From Camelus dromedarius (lineage: Eukaryota), in contig NC_087436.1 in assembly GCF_036321535.1 (NCBI RefSeq), positions 104,968,001 through 105,032,000 of the forward strand: 64,000 bases of DNA. The letters are read 5' to 3'. The notes under the pieces were generated by a model. The model did no database searches and was not told the origin of the DNA. It saw only the letters and a program-made list of their open reading frames with translations. Below, in pieces: positions 51,401 through 64,000 of this stretch. Within the stretch, counting starts at the first letter, position 1; each line of letters starts with the position of its first letter. A program made the translations under genes and the position numbers.

Positions 51401-53150
51401 TATGGAGATAATATCCAAAATATAAAGAACTCATACAGCTCAATATCAAGAAACAAGACAAACAATCTGATTTAAAAATGAGCAGAGGACATGAATGACA
51501 CTTTTCCAAAGAAGATGTATAGATGGCCAACAGGCACATGAAAAGGTGCTCAACATCACTAATCATCAGGGAAATGAAAATTAAAACCACAATGAGCTAT
51601 CACCTCACATCTGTCAGAATAACTATTATCAAAAAGACAACTAATAAATGTTGGCAAGGATGTAGAGAAAAAGGAGTCCTCTTATACTGCACTGTTAGTG
51701 GGATTGTAAATTGGTACAGTCACTATGGAAAACAGTATGGAGTTTCCTCAAAATTTTAAATAGACCTACCATATGATCCAGTGATTTCACTTCTAGATAT
51801 TTATCCCAAGAAAATGAAAACACGATTTCAAAAAGATATGTACACCAATGTTCATTGTAGTATCATTTATAATAGCCAAGATATGGAAGCAACCTAAGTA
51901 TTCATCAATAGATAAGTGGATAAAGAAAATGTGATGTATGTATGCAATGAAATATCACTCAGCCACAAAAACGAAAGAAATCTTGCCATTTGCAACATGG
52001 ATGGACCTAGAGAGCATAATGCTAAGTGAAATAGGTCGGACAGAAAGACAAATACCCTATGATCCCACCCATATGTGGAATCAAAAAAAAAAAAAAAAGA
52101 ACAAACAAAACAAAACAAAACAGACTCATAGATACAGAGAACAAACTGGTGGTTGCTAGAGGGGAAGGGAGTGAAACAGGTGAAAGGGATTAAGAGGTAC
52201 CAACTTCCAGCTGTAAAATAAATAAATCATAGAGATGTAATGTACAGCATAAGGAATATAGTCAATAACATTGTAATAACTTTGTATGCTGACAGATGAT
52301 AACTAGACTTGTAGTGATCATTTTATAGTACATAAAAATATTGAATCACTATGTTGCACACTTGACACTAACATAATATTGTAAGTCAATTATACTTCAA
52401 TTAAAAAAACTTTGGAGTTTAAATTTGTACCCTTTTGATTCTTTCTTTCTCATTCTTACAACAAATACATTATAAAATTCCTCAAATGGCTCTACCTTCA
52501 AAATATACTTCCAAGGTCACCACTTAGCAGCATTTCTACTCGATGCTAGCCTGGTTGTCATCTTCACTCACCTGGATTATTTCTAGTGTCTCAATGGACT
52601 TTCTGAATGTGCTCCAACTCCTCTGCAGTCTGTTCTCCAATACAGCAGCCAAAGGAATCTGTGACATAAACTAGATCACATCCTTTCCTCCTCAAGCCTT
52701 CCTAGGTCTCCCCATTCCACTTATAACACAATTTAAAGTCTTTCTGGGCCCTCCACAGTGGGCTGGTCTAACCTCTTTTCCTTCACTTTAGCCACATCAG
52801 CCCTCCTGCTTTCCTCAAACTTGGCAAGTACATTCCTATCCCAGAGCAAGTGTCCTTGCTGGTCCCTCTTCCTGGACAGTGCGAGTGTTTTACAACTTGC
52901 TTCCTTGCTTCACTCAAGCCTCTGCTCAAATACCTTCTCTGAGAAAGTTTCCCTGACCACTTGGGGGCTATTTAACCGCCATTCTGTCTTGTTTTCCTTT
53001 CCTTCACACTCATCACCCCACAACATTTTTCTATATTTTTCACTTCTTCCATTGTCTGTAGACCATAAGTTCCTTGAGGGCAGGTTTATCTTGCTCACTG
53101 GGCCTTGTAAGTTCCTGATACACAGTAAGTATTCAATGAATTTTTTTGGA
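48500..53150 (+). mobile_element. Decayed L2 LINE split by an L1 insertion and a short DNA-transposon-like fragment (about 49260-49480)
   Basis: L2-like pyrimidine-rich text (tcaaggtcacc, ctccagcctggacct, tcactcacctggattatt) ending with cacagtaagtattcaatgaat; boundaries are approximate. Confidence 0.55.
49721..52408 (+). mobile_element. 5'-truncated, inactive LINE-1 (ORF2 RT and C-terminal region plus 3'UTR), about 2.7 kb
   Basis: ORF fragments [46 protein letters not shown] and CWQGCREKG. The catalytic FADD codons are disrupted (tttttgtagacatg) and there are many frameshifts. Ends tatacttcaattaaaaaaa; degenerate TSD aaaagttttagag/aaaaactttggag. Confidence 0.92.
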
Positions 53151-55688
53151 CCAAATGATAGTCAAATGGCTTCATTCCAAGCAGGTGAAGGTTAAGTGGA
53201 CATTAAGGATGATAAGTAGTGGGGCTTCAGGCACAATGGATAGAGCATGCCCTGCACTAAAATATTCAAGTTTACATCCAAAACAAAATTAATCTAACAA
53301 GAAATGTCACTGTGTTGACATAATCAGAATCCTTCAACAGGCTACCAAGCAAGATGGGAGGGGGGTGCTAAATTTTAAAACTCAGAGAACATTAGAGTTG
53401 AGAACTTTAAGATCTTTGAGATCTTCCTCATTAAACAAATTGGCAACCTGATGTTCAAATCTTTAATGACCTGTCCAGGGTTACTGCAATCTGGGGCAAA
53501 GCCGAGGAAGATCAAGGGTCTTCTGAACCCAGTGCAGGAGTAATCTTTCTATCTGCTATAGAATATTTTATGAGGCCTTGGAGAGGCCACGTGAATTGAT
53601 TTGAATTGTTGAAATGCAGAAAAATCCATCCTCTCGGGGAGTACCTGCCCAGTTGAGGTAACTGTGGAGAAGAGCAGATCTGGACGAAACTTCAATCAGG
53701 AAGGAGTGACAAGGTTATGACACTTGGCTTACCCACCCTACCCTCAACCAGATGGTGTATTAGGGTAAATTCTCTACTTTGAACAAAACTGGCTTTTGCT
53801 AAGATTTATGTACTAGGAAGCAAAGTCAACTTTATAACTCCAGATTCAGTGAGGACTTCTATTCTCAGGCTGCCTCCTGCAAACTGGGAGAATATGAGCT
53901 GATAAATAACTTACACATGGAACTAGACTAGGGGACCTTGCAAATAAAGGTTACCAGGGCACCACTGGCATGGAAATGAGATGTTACTAGAAAAGCAATC
54001 ATTTTCTACAGAAGCTTTGATTTCCTTATTTCTCCCTTTATTATGTTATGAGCATTTTTCTTTGAAGTTATTGACTCTGCAACTTGCAAATGCCTTTTCC
54101 CACTCTTGCTGAGAGCTCCTGCCAGAGAAACAAGTGGGTATCTTCACTCTCATCCCTCTCCAGACTGTCCTGCATCTGGCAAAGGGAGAATTGTTTATGG
54201 GAACCCCTGAACTAGGTGGTTCTCTCCTGCATTAATAGGGTCTCGTGGGTACCTCTGTAAGGATGAGGTAGTCCCAACCACCCTCAGGGAAACTACCGAC
54301 CCCTCCCATCCTTAATCTCCAGAAGCAAGGGTAGGGGAAGGTGGGGGAAGGAGGTCATGTAGGTCTGGATGCAATGCCAGGTGTACCCCCAAGGCCCCAT
54401 CTCCCCCACCTTCCCACACTTCACCAGGGGGAGGTGGAGCAGGAGCATCTGGTGAGTAAATGGAACATCCCCAGGGCTCCAGAAATCACCATATTTGTCA
54501 AGAGTAGAGCAATATATCACAGCCCAGGGTTAAATCTTTATGGGTTTGGGTTTATCTCATTTAATCTTCAGAATCGCCTTATAAACTTGATTCCATCCAC
54601 ATTTTGCAGAGTATCTAAAATCACACAGCTAGTAAGTGGCAAAGCACAGGAACCCAGAATACCAAAACCTATTGCTTTTCATCACTAAATGTTCTGGCAA
54701 GCCACAAGACTCATCATTTAATGGTCCTAACAATTCTAAGCAGTCTGGTCATTTAATCTCCAGTTTATGGATGAAGAGCTTAGACTCAGAGAGGATTTGA
54801 TATTCTATCCGAAGTTACAAAGTTAGTTTCTGGTCCAACCACGATTCAAACCGAGATTAACTACTGCTTCATACAATCTCTCACAGGTCTAAGCATGAAG
54901 CTGAGGACCCATCTACTGATGGGACCCAAGCTCTTGAACAGGTGTCCCCCAGCAGGCAGCTCGATGACAGATCAGAAGACCCCCTTACTCTGGGTACAGG
55001 ACCTCTCCCCCTTGCTCTGAGCCCTCCTTGATGGATCACTCTGACTTCATTCATCACTCTCTGCCGAGCATCTGACACCCCCTCTCCACCACCTTCCCAG
55101 AGACGAGCTCTGTTCATCCAGGACTTGAAGAAACCAAGTACACCATGGTTCTAGGTCTCTTGGACCCCATAGCATCTTCATACAGGGAAAGGATGCAACT
55201 GGCAAGAGCTGGAAATTGCTGCTTCCTGAGAGTGAGGAAGATACCGGGCCTTACACAAGGTAAGCCAAGATGTAAACTAGCCCGCTCATGCCTACAGCCT
55301 CCCTAAGCCTACTCTACTCAGTTTCCGCCTCACGGCCCGACAGCCCCACCCAGGCCCTGAACACAACTGGAAGAAGGGGTGCTACTGGCATCATGTGGGT
55401 CGGGTCTAGGTCTGCTGCTAAACAGCCTGCACTACCCAGGACAGTCCCCAGCAAAGGACGATCCAGTCAAAAGTTCATTAGTACCAAGGTTGAGAAATTC
55501 TGAGCTAGAGTGTTTTTGTTTTCTTCAAAGCAGATAGAGGCTGCCATTCTGCAAATTATACCTGAAATCTGTGTTCTGTCTACCGTGTGCCACAGGTCTC
55601 TACGCCTGTTTAGGAAGCTAACAGTGTAAAGAATAATTAATTCCTTTCTTCAAGAGACACAGGAAAGCAACTAGAAGAAAAGTCAAAT

Positions 55689-56333
55689 TGTTAGAGCAGG
55701 CAGATAGCTAGATATGAGCAGAGAAAGGGGGACACAGACCAAAATGCAGGAATTAGGCAGAAAGGAGAGGCACAGGCCAAATGCAGGAAACCACACATCA
55801 CGTGAGCAGCAGGGATCCTTGCGCAGAGAAAGAAAAGCTGGAATCTTCGGGCTGATAAGGGACTACACCTTTTGGCTTGGAGACCAAAAAAGAAAGGTCA
55901 GAAAAGGCAGGAATTTCCAGTGTCCAAATGTAACCTTTTACTCATTATGCCATCATTTCAATAAAATTAGCCTTGCAGATCAGAAGTACCCATCACGCAC
56001 CGACGCCATGACACTTCCGATCCAGGCTAAATAAGGACAAAAATCCCTCCTCCCTTTGGGAAGGTGGAGTTGGGATGATAATCAGAGCATACGGCCCCAA
56101 ACCCTTTCCTCCCCAATGAATATTCCGCCCATTCATCTTTACACCCTATGTAACTAACTTGCCAAAGAAACTCAGGGCAGCTGCTCACCTGAGCCTGCCC
56201 GCTCTCCCCTGAGAGTGTACTATCCATCCTTTAATAAATCCTCACTTTACCTTTTTAACCTTTAAGTCCTGTCTCTGAATTCTTTCTGGGACAGGACAAG
56301 AACCTGGAACACCAGTTGCACCTATCAGCGACA
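55689..56333 (+). mobile_element. ERV1-class solo LTR (645 bp)
   Basis: TG...CA ends (tgttagagc ... cagcgaca), exact 4-bp TSD AAAT (55685-55688 / 56334-56337), AATAAA at 56233-56238. Confidence 0.75.
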
Positions 56334-58179
56334 AAATGATCCATTCCTTCTTCCAGAGCCCAGGATAAAAGATTAGGGGAGTTTGACAGACATTTGAAAT
56401 GTCTGATGTGACAACATGGCGCCTGTGTGAAGACATACAGCTGCCTCTTTGACTGGACCAGAGAAGCTCCAGCTAATGGTCAGGTTCAGAAGCCAAGCTC
56501 TTGTAATCCAAGTGGTTTCTGGTCGCGAGTCCTCATCCATCTCAACCTTTCTAGTTGTTCTGACATTTTTGATACATGCTCCTTTCTTGAGACTCTTTTC
56601 ACCCATGGCTTCTGCGACATTGCATTGTTCTGGTTTAATGTGTGCTGCCCCTGACAGTTGATCCCCTCCCAGGACTCCCTCACCTCCTTTGAATACGTTC
56701 TCTTCTCTGCTTTCTCTAAACTCAATTGTTAACACCCTTTGGGGGTTATAACTTGGGATCCATGGGCCTTGTAGAGCCTGGCTGCTGTCACAAGCATGGC
56801 CCAAGGTTTATCTGCCCTCAGGCAGAGCCTTGATGGATCCAACTCAACATTACTGTACTTCCTATGAACTGTGGGGTGCTACCAGATGTGAACCACAGAG
56901 AAGAAGAAAGAATTCCATCAGGGTCAAGGTCTTCCCGGTTAAATAGAAGGGACATTTAAATATGCTAAAGCCAAAAAAAAAAAAAAAAAAAGTCCACAAA
57001 ATCAGATCTAATTTAAAGAAATATAATCTTGAAATGTAGCAGCCTGGGTGGAGACACAGATGCCTGGGATTACGCCTAGAGTTTTGGAGTTTTTGAGATA
57101 AAGACTACGAAAAAAAAGCTCAGTACTGGAGTCCCCTGGGGGAGATTCAGAATAAAGAGGAGCTGCAAAGTAAATCACCTAGAATCTCAACATTTTCATG
57201 ATACATTAAAGATAATCTGTCCATACATGTTATTTTAATTTCTTGAAATGTTAAGGACAATTTAGCATATTAGTATCTATAATAGGTTAACATGGAGGTT
57301 TTAATTTAAAACAGGTAATTGTATAATTGACTTAAGCATGGACATTTAAATTGAAATTTCATTCAGTATGTAAACCATATTGGAACACTTAAGAGTATTT
57401 AAAATCCATCCTTTTAAGGTTCAATTTGTTAGATTTATAAAAATGATGTAGGTGTCTTGGAAAGTTTGTTATATTCGACAATTGTTAATAACTTAAAGAA
57501 ACCAAATATATTGAAAGTATAAGTGAAGTTTAAAATGTAAATAATCTAATTTTATAATTTGTTCCTTAAACTTTGGTAGATTTATAAATAGTGCAAAGAT
57601 ATTCATAAACTGAATCTAAGAAGATGAAGGGAGAAATAGTTTTTAAAAATGGAAACTTGAACAAATTTAAAATGATATTTTAAAAACTGAAATCTTTTCA
57701 GAATAATCCTTTCCATACACAAATTTAATCTCCAGGGCACACAAAAAATAAGCAAAAACCACCCATCCAGACAACTGGGTTGAACTTGAATGCAAGTTTT
57801 TCTGAATATGCGGATGTGCGCATTTTTCTGGGAAGTGGGTCTAGATCTTTTCTCATATCCACAAGGTCCTTGACCTCAAAAGTTTAAGAACCTCTTCCTG
57901 TGGAGGGAGTTCCTTGTGCATCTTTCTCTCCAGCCCCACCGGTCCTACTGGTTGCTGTGGAGTATCACCTGGACGTCCCACCAGCACCCCACATGCAATA
58001 GTCTGCAAAACCATGTTATCAGAGGGACCCTCTCAAATCAGTTCCTTCCACAGAGATCCCTCTCTACCCAGCAACCCAGACAGTGTCAGCTTTCACGGGC
58101 CCTCCCCTTTGGCAAAAAATCCAACCAATTACCTAATTCTATTGATTTCTTTATTGACTCTCCTGATTCTATTGCTTCC

Positions 58180-58600
58180 TTTTTTTACTTTAATTTTTTT
58201 ATTGAGGTATAGTTGATTTATAATATTTCAGGTATACAGCAAAGTGATTCAGTTTTATATATATATATATTTATATATTATATATATATATATATATAAT
58301 ATCAATTCTTTTTGAGATTCTATTCCATTCTAGGTTATTACAGGATACTGAATACAGTTCCCTGTGCTATACAGTAGGACCTTGCTATGTATCTAGTTTA
58401 TATATAGAAGTGTGTACCAGTTAAACCCAAATTCCAAATTTATCCCTCCCCTACCTTTCCCCTTTGGTAATCATAAGTTTGTTTTCTATGTCTGTGTGTC
58501 TACTTCAGTTTTGTAAATAAGTTCGTTTGTATCACTTTTTTAGATTTCACATATAAGTGATATGATATTTGTCTTTGCCTGACTTCACTTAACATGGTAA
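58180..58600 (-). mobile_element. L1 3'-end fragment containing a (TA)n tract
   Basis: tttttattgaggtatagttgattta...gaatacagttccctgtgctatacagtagg...ttttagatttcacatataagtgata. Confidence 0.8.
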
Positions 58601-59490
58601 ACCTATTAATCAATTCTAATTGATTCTATTGGAAGTCAATAGAATTAGGTAATTGGTTGGATATTTCCTTCCTTTGTGCCACAAAGATCTGAACTGCCAC
58701 AAAAACCTAGCAGTTCTCCCCCCTGAGTGTTCCGTGTTTGCTTTCTTTCTCCCAGTCCTCACATGAGCGTCAGTGCTGCGGCAGACCCATGAGTCTCCCT
58801 GCCTCCCGGAGTGACTTCCCCAAATCAGCCCTCAGGTGTTGCTCCAGAGCTTTCAGTGGCTCCCTGCTACTCCCGTGGAGATTTCATCCCCCAGGCACTG
58901 GTGACTTCGTGCAAACTCTGAAAGCCACGCCAAGGGCAGACTCCTGTATGCAGCCTCGCGTGGGGAGTGCCCTTGAAGTGCCCTTAGCTTCGCCTCTGGG
59001 AATCCCATTTTCCTTCAGGACTCAGCCTATTCAGGGACCTTCTTTTCCTTTGAACGATTCCAAGAGTATCTAATCACATATCCCCTTTTTGCCTCTGTGT
59101 CCTTCAGCCCTTAAGTACTCAAAGTTCCTGGAGGATGGAAAACATTTCCTCTGCAGATTTGAAACCTCTGAAGGGAGGCCCTGCTTCCACTCACTTATTA
59201 AGCAGCAACTGTGTGCCGGGCACTTCTAAGTGTTGGGGAGAATGAAGGAAAGCAGGTCCTTGCTATAGAGGAGTTTATGTCTTGGGGGAAGCAGACAGAT
59301 GAAAGGCTATAAATAAATAAAAACACAATTGTTTTTAGTAGTGACACATCCATAAGGAGATTAAAACAGCATTATGGGATAAAGTGTGACAGTTTGGGGG
59401 GGGGGGGCTGCTTTAGATCCGGATGGTGGGAGAGCCCTTTCTGAGATGGTGACACTGGTGCTAAGACCTGAGTGATGAGAAGCAGGCCCC

Positions 59491-60060
59491 CACCCCCATG
59501 TTCACAGCAGCACTATTTACAACAGCCAAGACATGGAAGCAACCTAAATGTCCATCGACAGATGACTGGATAAAGAACTTATGGTATACTTATACAGTGG
59601 AATCTTACTCTGCTATAAAAAAAAAATAAATAATGCCATTTACAGCAACATGGATGGATCTAGAGATTGTCATACTAAGCGAAGTAAGTCAGACAAAGAC
59701 AAATATCACATGATATTATCTATATGTGGGATCTAAAAAAATGACACAAATGAACTTATTTACAAAACAGAAACAGGCTCACAGACATAGAAAACAAACT
59801 TATGGGTTACCTAAGGGGAAAGGGGAGTAGGGGAGGGATTAATTAGGAAGTTGGGAATAGCACATACAAACTACTGTATATAAAACAGATAAACAACAAG
59901 GTCCTACTGTATAGCACAGGGAACTATATTCAGTAGCTTATAATAACCTATAATGAAAAAATATGAAAAAGAATATATACGTATATGTATAACTGAATCA
60001 CTATGTACACCAGAAACTAAGACAACATTGCAAATCAACTATATTTCAACTAAAAAAAAA
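59491..60060 (+). mobile_element. L1 3'-end fragment with exact TSD, inserted in an antisense L2
   Basis: atgttcacagcagcactatttacaacagccaagacatggaagcaacc...aactatatttcaactaaaaaaaaa; TSD aagcaggcccc (59480-59490 / 60059-60069). Confidence 0.85.
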
Positions 60061-60401
60061 GCAGGCCCCATGTGGAGGTCTGGGGACAGTAAGGGCAGTC
60101 ATAGGGTGAGGGGACCTGTCATGATGAGGCAGTGGCTCCAGTGTGGTGACTGGGGAAGTGCTGTACCAGAGAGACGAGAGTGAGTCCAGAGCCCATCATA
60201 CGAGGCCTGAGAAGGTGTGCTGAGGGCTGGCTGTGGGTTCAAGTGCATCAGAAGGTCTCAAGCAGCGGGTGCTATCCCCTGAGCACCCCTGAGTCAGTTC
60301 AAAATCTCGCTCTGCTGCTGTGTAGAGAATGGCTGGGGGTCCAGACCAAAGCAGGGAGGGTATGCAGTGGTGCAAATCAGACTAGTGTGGCCACAGCTAA
60401 T

Positions 60402-60510
60402 TAGGGTGACCGACCATCCTGGCTGGCCTGGGACCTAGGGGTTTCCTGGGACCTGGGACCTTTAGTGCTAACGTGGAAAAATCCCTGGCCAGCCTCGCGC
60501 TTGGTCACCA
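60402..60510. mobile_element. MER94-like hAT-Blackjack element
   Basis: Inverted ends tagggtgacc ... ggtcacc with internal cctgggac repeats. Confidence 0.5.
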
Positions 60511-63500
60511 TGTGTGGAGGCCAAGACCATGTGACTCGCTGAGGGATGGGACAGAAGGAAAGGAAAGAAATCTACAGTGACTTCCAGGAATTAGCTTGAA
60601 TAGCTGGATAGATGGTGGTGCTATTTACTGGGATGGGAGGAATGAGAAAGTAGTAAGTTCAGGGGTAAAATCAAAAATCTGGCTTTCTGAGAGCCCTAAA
60701 ATGAGCTCCAGAAGTCTTTACCAAGTGGCAAAGCCACTATAATAACACTTGGGAGAGACCTGCTGCTACCCTGAATCTACAGAGAACCAAATCAGGTACA
60801 AAAATAAGCATCTAATTAAAAGCAAAATCACTCTGGACTCTCTTAACCACTGGCTAATTGTCACAAATGAGCCATCCTTCCCAGAAAGAGAGGGTGAATC
60901 CATTTGCTGCGGATGCAATGTTAATGAAATCCAGAAGTGATCTGGGGGCCGCACTGACCCTGCCCTCTGCAGTCTTGTTACAGACATCACCCCCAGCCAT
61001 TTGTGATGGCTGCAAATGTAATTCAAGATGAAGATGGGAGGTGGTAGACAGGAGTCACATCAAGTTACTGCAGTAACATCCTTCTCTGCCTCCCCTCTCC
61101 CCTCCATGATCATCCACCCTCGCTCCTATTCAGTACTCTTTTGTCTGCTATGCAATAGCTTTCCCTTTCTGACCTCGGCTGCCAGGGAAGCCCTGGGTCT
61201 GCAGCCTCTACAGCAAATGGACTTCTTGAAGCATATGTCAACAGAGTTCTTGCCTTGCTCCCACTGATGCCAAGAGAAAGCGCTCCAGCCTTCCTCCCAC
61301 AGCCTGCCCCTTGCTCAGCATGCACACTTCTTGGAGGCAATACCACTTCTTGGAATTCCTCTAAGCCTAGCCCACTCCTGCTTTGCAGCAGCTACTCCCA
61401 CTGCTCCCAGAGACCCACTGCCCACTTGCCCAAAGCTAAGGAAGACCAGAAGGACAGATCTGCAGGTTCCAACAGGTAGGAGACGTGAGAAGAGGCTGGC
61501 CTCCCTGTCTCCACTGCCTGCCTGAGGCAGCGCATGCTGTCCCCTCATTGTCTCTGGCCTTGCTTCTCCCACCCAAATGCATTCTCACCGCAGAAGCAGA
61601 GGGGTGGTGACACTCATAGGCACTGATCCTTTCTTAATTTAAATTTTGTTGTATTGTTCACAATGGATTTTCTTGCATAGATTTCAATTATTTTAAAAAT
61701 ATTGCATTAAAATATTATTTCTCTTGATTACTGAGTGTTCGGTCAACTCCTTAAATTTTGTGCTGGAGGCAAGTGCCTTGCTCATTTCACCCTGGCCTGG
61801 GACCCTCTGATTTGCCCTTGCTGGCAGGTAAATCTTTCTATTTTAAAACCAGGATGGTCCTAGGAAAATCAAGAAGAGCTGGTCATCCCTAGACTGCCAG
61901 AAATCAAATCCTGGCGTGACTGCTCTGCAGCTGGAGGACAACCCCTCTGTGCCTCCGTCCTCATCTACATAGCCAGAACAGGAGCAGCAACTACCTCAGA
62001 GTGGCTATTGTGAGGTCGTCCGCACTGCGCTGGGTATAGTGCCTGGCACCTACAGCAAGTGTTTCAAAGCATGAGTGGTGATGGTGATTTATTGAGTGTC
62101 TGCCACATGCTGACAGGGCATCCAGCGGTGCTGGTGACGGACACAGCCTTGCCCTTCAGGGGCCCATGTTCAAGTGGGGAAGTCAGTGTATAAACAGGTA
62201 ATGTCAAAAATTACTTGTACAACACACATGCCTGAGAATGTGCCAGGAATTCATGTGAGATCATTTCCCCTTCTCAACCGGTTTGTGAAAGAGGGTCTTT
62301 TGCTCCTTCTGGATTCTGTAGACGGGGCCAGTCAGCGCAAGACCAGGACTTGGCTGAGATCCCACAAGGAGCAACAGGCCCGTTAGGGATTCCACACCCG
62401 CCCTCAGAGCTGATCTTCTGTCCGTTGCCTCTTGGCAGCTCTGGAAGGTGCTCAGTGCAGCTAGCGTTCAGAGGAATGAATTCCAGCTAACACTTTCTCT
62501 TACAGAAAATTCTCTGCACCAACAACTCATGTTCATCAGGCAGGTTCTCCCCAGGAGGAGGCAAATGACCAATTACCACTGGCTGCTTTTACGGGATGGA
62601 GTTGGCTGCCTGGGGAAAGGGAAACATTCCACTGCGTATCCTCTTGCACTTTTGAACTTTGAGCCATCTGAATATAATTATTACCTATTCAAAAATAAAT
62701 GCTAACACTAAAGTTCAAGAATAAAAAAAGAAAAGAAAGGCTTATGAATTACCTTCAGGAGAATCCTGGAATGAATTAGTCTCTAAACAAGTTCAGTTTC
62801 AGCAAAATCTTGGCAGGTCCCCCGGGATGGTCTTCCCCTGCTGGAGAGAGGGTCCAGGCTTTCCCGGGTTAATTCACCTTTTGGGCTGCATTCTAGATTC
62901 CCTGGATGTCTGAATTTCCATTAGTCTCAGATAGACCTGGAGTGATACTGGGTCTAGAAGTTTTTTTCCTGATGGTCTGGATTCAAGAACAAGCTTCACA
63001 AGATAGCTTCCAAAGAATGCAGAGGAGCTGTAACTGGCCTGACCACTCTCTCAGTTCATTGGAGGGGAAAAAGGAACATCACAGCCAATAGCTCACATTT
63101 GGGATTAACTATGGAATCTAAGGTGACACCAAACCCACAGCCCTGCTGAGGGAAGATCACGTCTTTCCTTCTGGTTAGATGAGAAACTCAGAATAAAGCA
63201 TTATTCTAAAAGTAAACACAGAAGATAGTGTTAGGGGTGAGGAGTGTCCCAGGTGAAAAGTCTAAAGAACTAAGGGCAGGGCCCAGCTCTGGGGAGGCCC
63301 CATATCCCTGATCCTGAGTTTGTGGAGTAGAGGAGTTGGGCTGATGTTTCCCTCCGTCCCCTCTTGGGTTCTAACACCTCCGTTCTGGGTCTGTCCTCCG
63401 ACTCTCTCTTCCATCCCTGGATTCAGTCTCAGACCCCAAGAGCTGGAGTCCCAGTTAACTGGCAGCATGCCAGGGTACCATTCCCCAAGGCAGGGAACTG

Positions 63501-64000
63501 GACCTTCATTCCTTTTGTACATCTTCCCACAGAACACATGGTCCCAAATTCTGCGCACACTCCTCCTGCTCCCTCCACCCTCCTCCTCCTCCTCCTCCAT
63601 CTCCGGGACTGCCTCACCCAAGCATGGTCACTTCTGTCCCTGGCCTCACAGGGCAAGTGTCTTGTCATCACTGTCTTGCAGATCTGCTAGGGTCTCTGAA
63701 GACTGTCAATACTAGGGGCAACCCCAGGCTAGGCCAGCTCCCCCAAGGTTGGTCTGGAGACAACAAAGGATTGAACTACTATTGAAGACAGTTTAATACA
63801 AGCAAGAACTTACAAATGCCACAGACTGGGACTCACACTCTAGGAACAGAACCTAATCCTGTCCTGCAGAGAGCTCCCCTCCCCCAATCCCCATTGTTAA
63901 CGTTCAAATTGTCTCTGCTCCCTGCCACCCACACCCCGACCTCAACTATTTGGAGCAGAAGTAGACAACTGAGTTGAGCTGGATCAATCAGTCCCTTGCC

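Noticed and set aside
50172..51759. ORFs with reverse-transcriptase-like peptides
   Set aside because: These are fragments of a dead, 5'-truncated L1 ORF2 with frameshifts and a destroyed FADD motif, not a host gene or a new retroelement system.
36000..64000. Possible additional gene in the upstream 28 kb (e.g. ORFs at 39036, 42746, 47964)
   Set aside because: The ORFs are short, have no recognisable protein similarity, often overlap repeats and show no consistent exon chain. A lncRNA cannot be excluded from sequence alone.

Overview
Mammalian genomic DNA. It is most likely camelid: it carries tRNA-Ala(AGC)-headed SINEs resembling camelid vic-1, and I saw no Alu, Bov-A/tA, PRE1 or SINEC elements. 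The one protein-coding gene is a complete, intact SLC34A2 (NaPi-IIb sodium-phosphate cotransporter) on the minus strand. It has a non-coding exon 1 in a CpG island (about 34.0 kb), 12 coding exons (24304 down to 10811; 2067 nt, 688 aa, all GT-AG introns with consistent phases), an approximately 1.9 kb 3'UTR and a poly(A) signal at 8952-8957. The rest is intronic or intergenic sequence rich in decayed L1, L2, MIR, MaLR/ERV1 LTR and MER-type DNA transposon copies. I found no convincing wholly new biological system. The best leads are: (1) a Ser-to-Ala change (GSNIGT to GANLGT) at a position that, from recall, was assigned to the first Na+ site in NaPi-IIa; (2) a candidate alternative first exon in intron 1 with gut-type TF motifs and an in-frame upstream ATG; (3) a stop-free, in-frame 102-nt intron 2; (4) a perfect 27-bp inverted repeat flanking an L1 fragment; (5) several nested transposon insertions. 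Repeat family names and comparisons with human proteins come from recall and need database confirmation.
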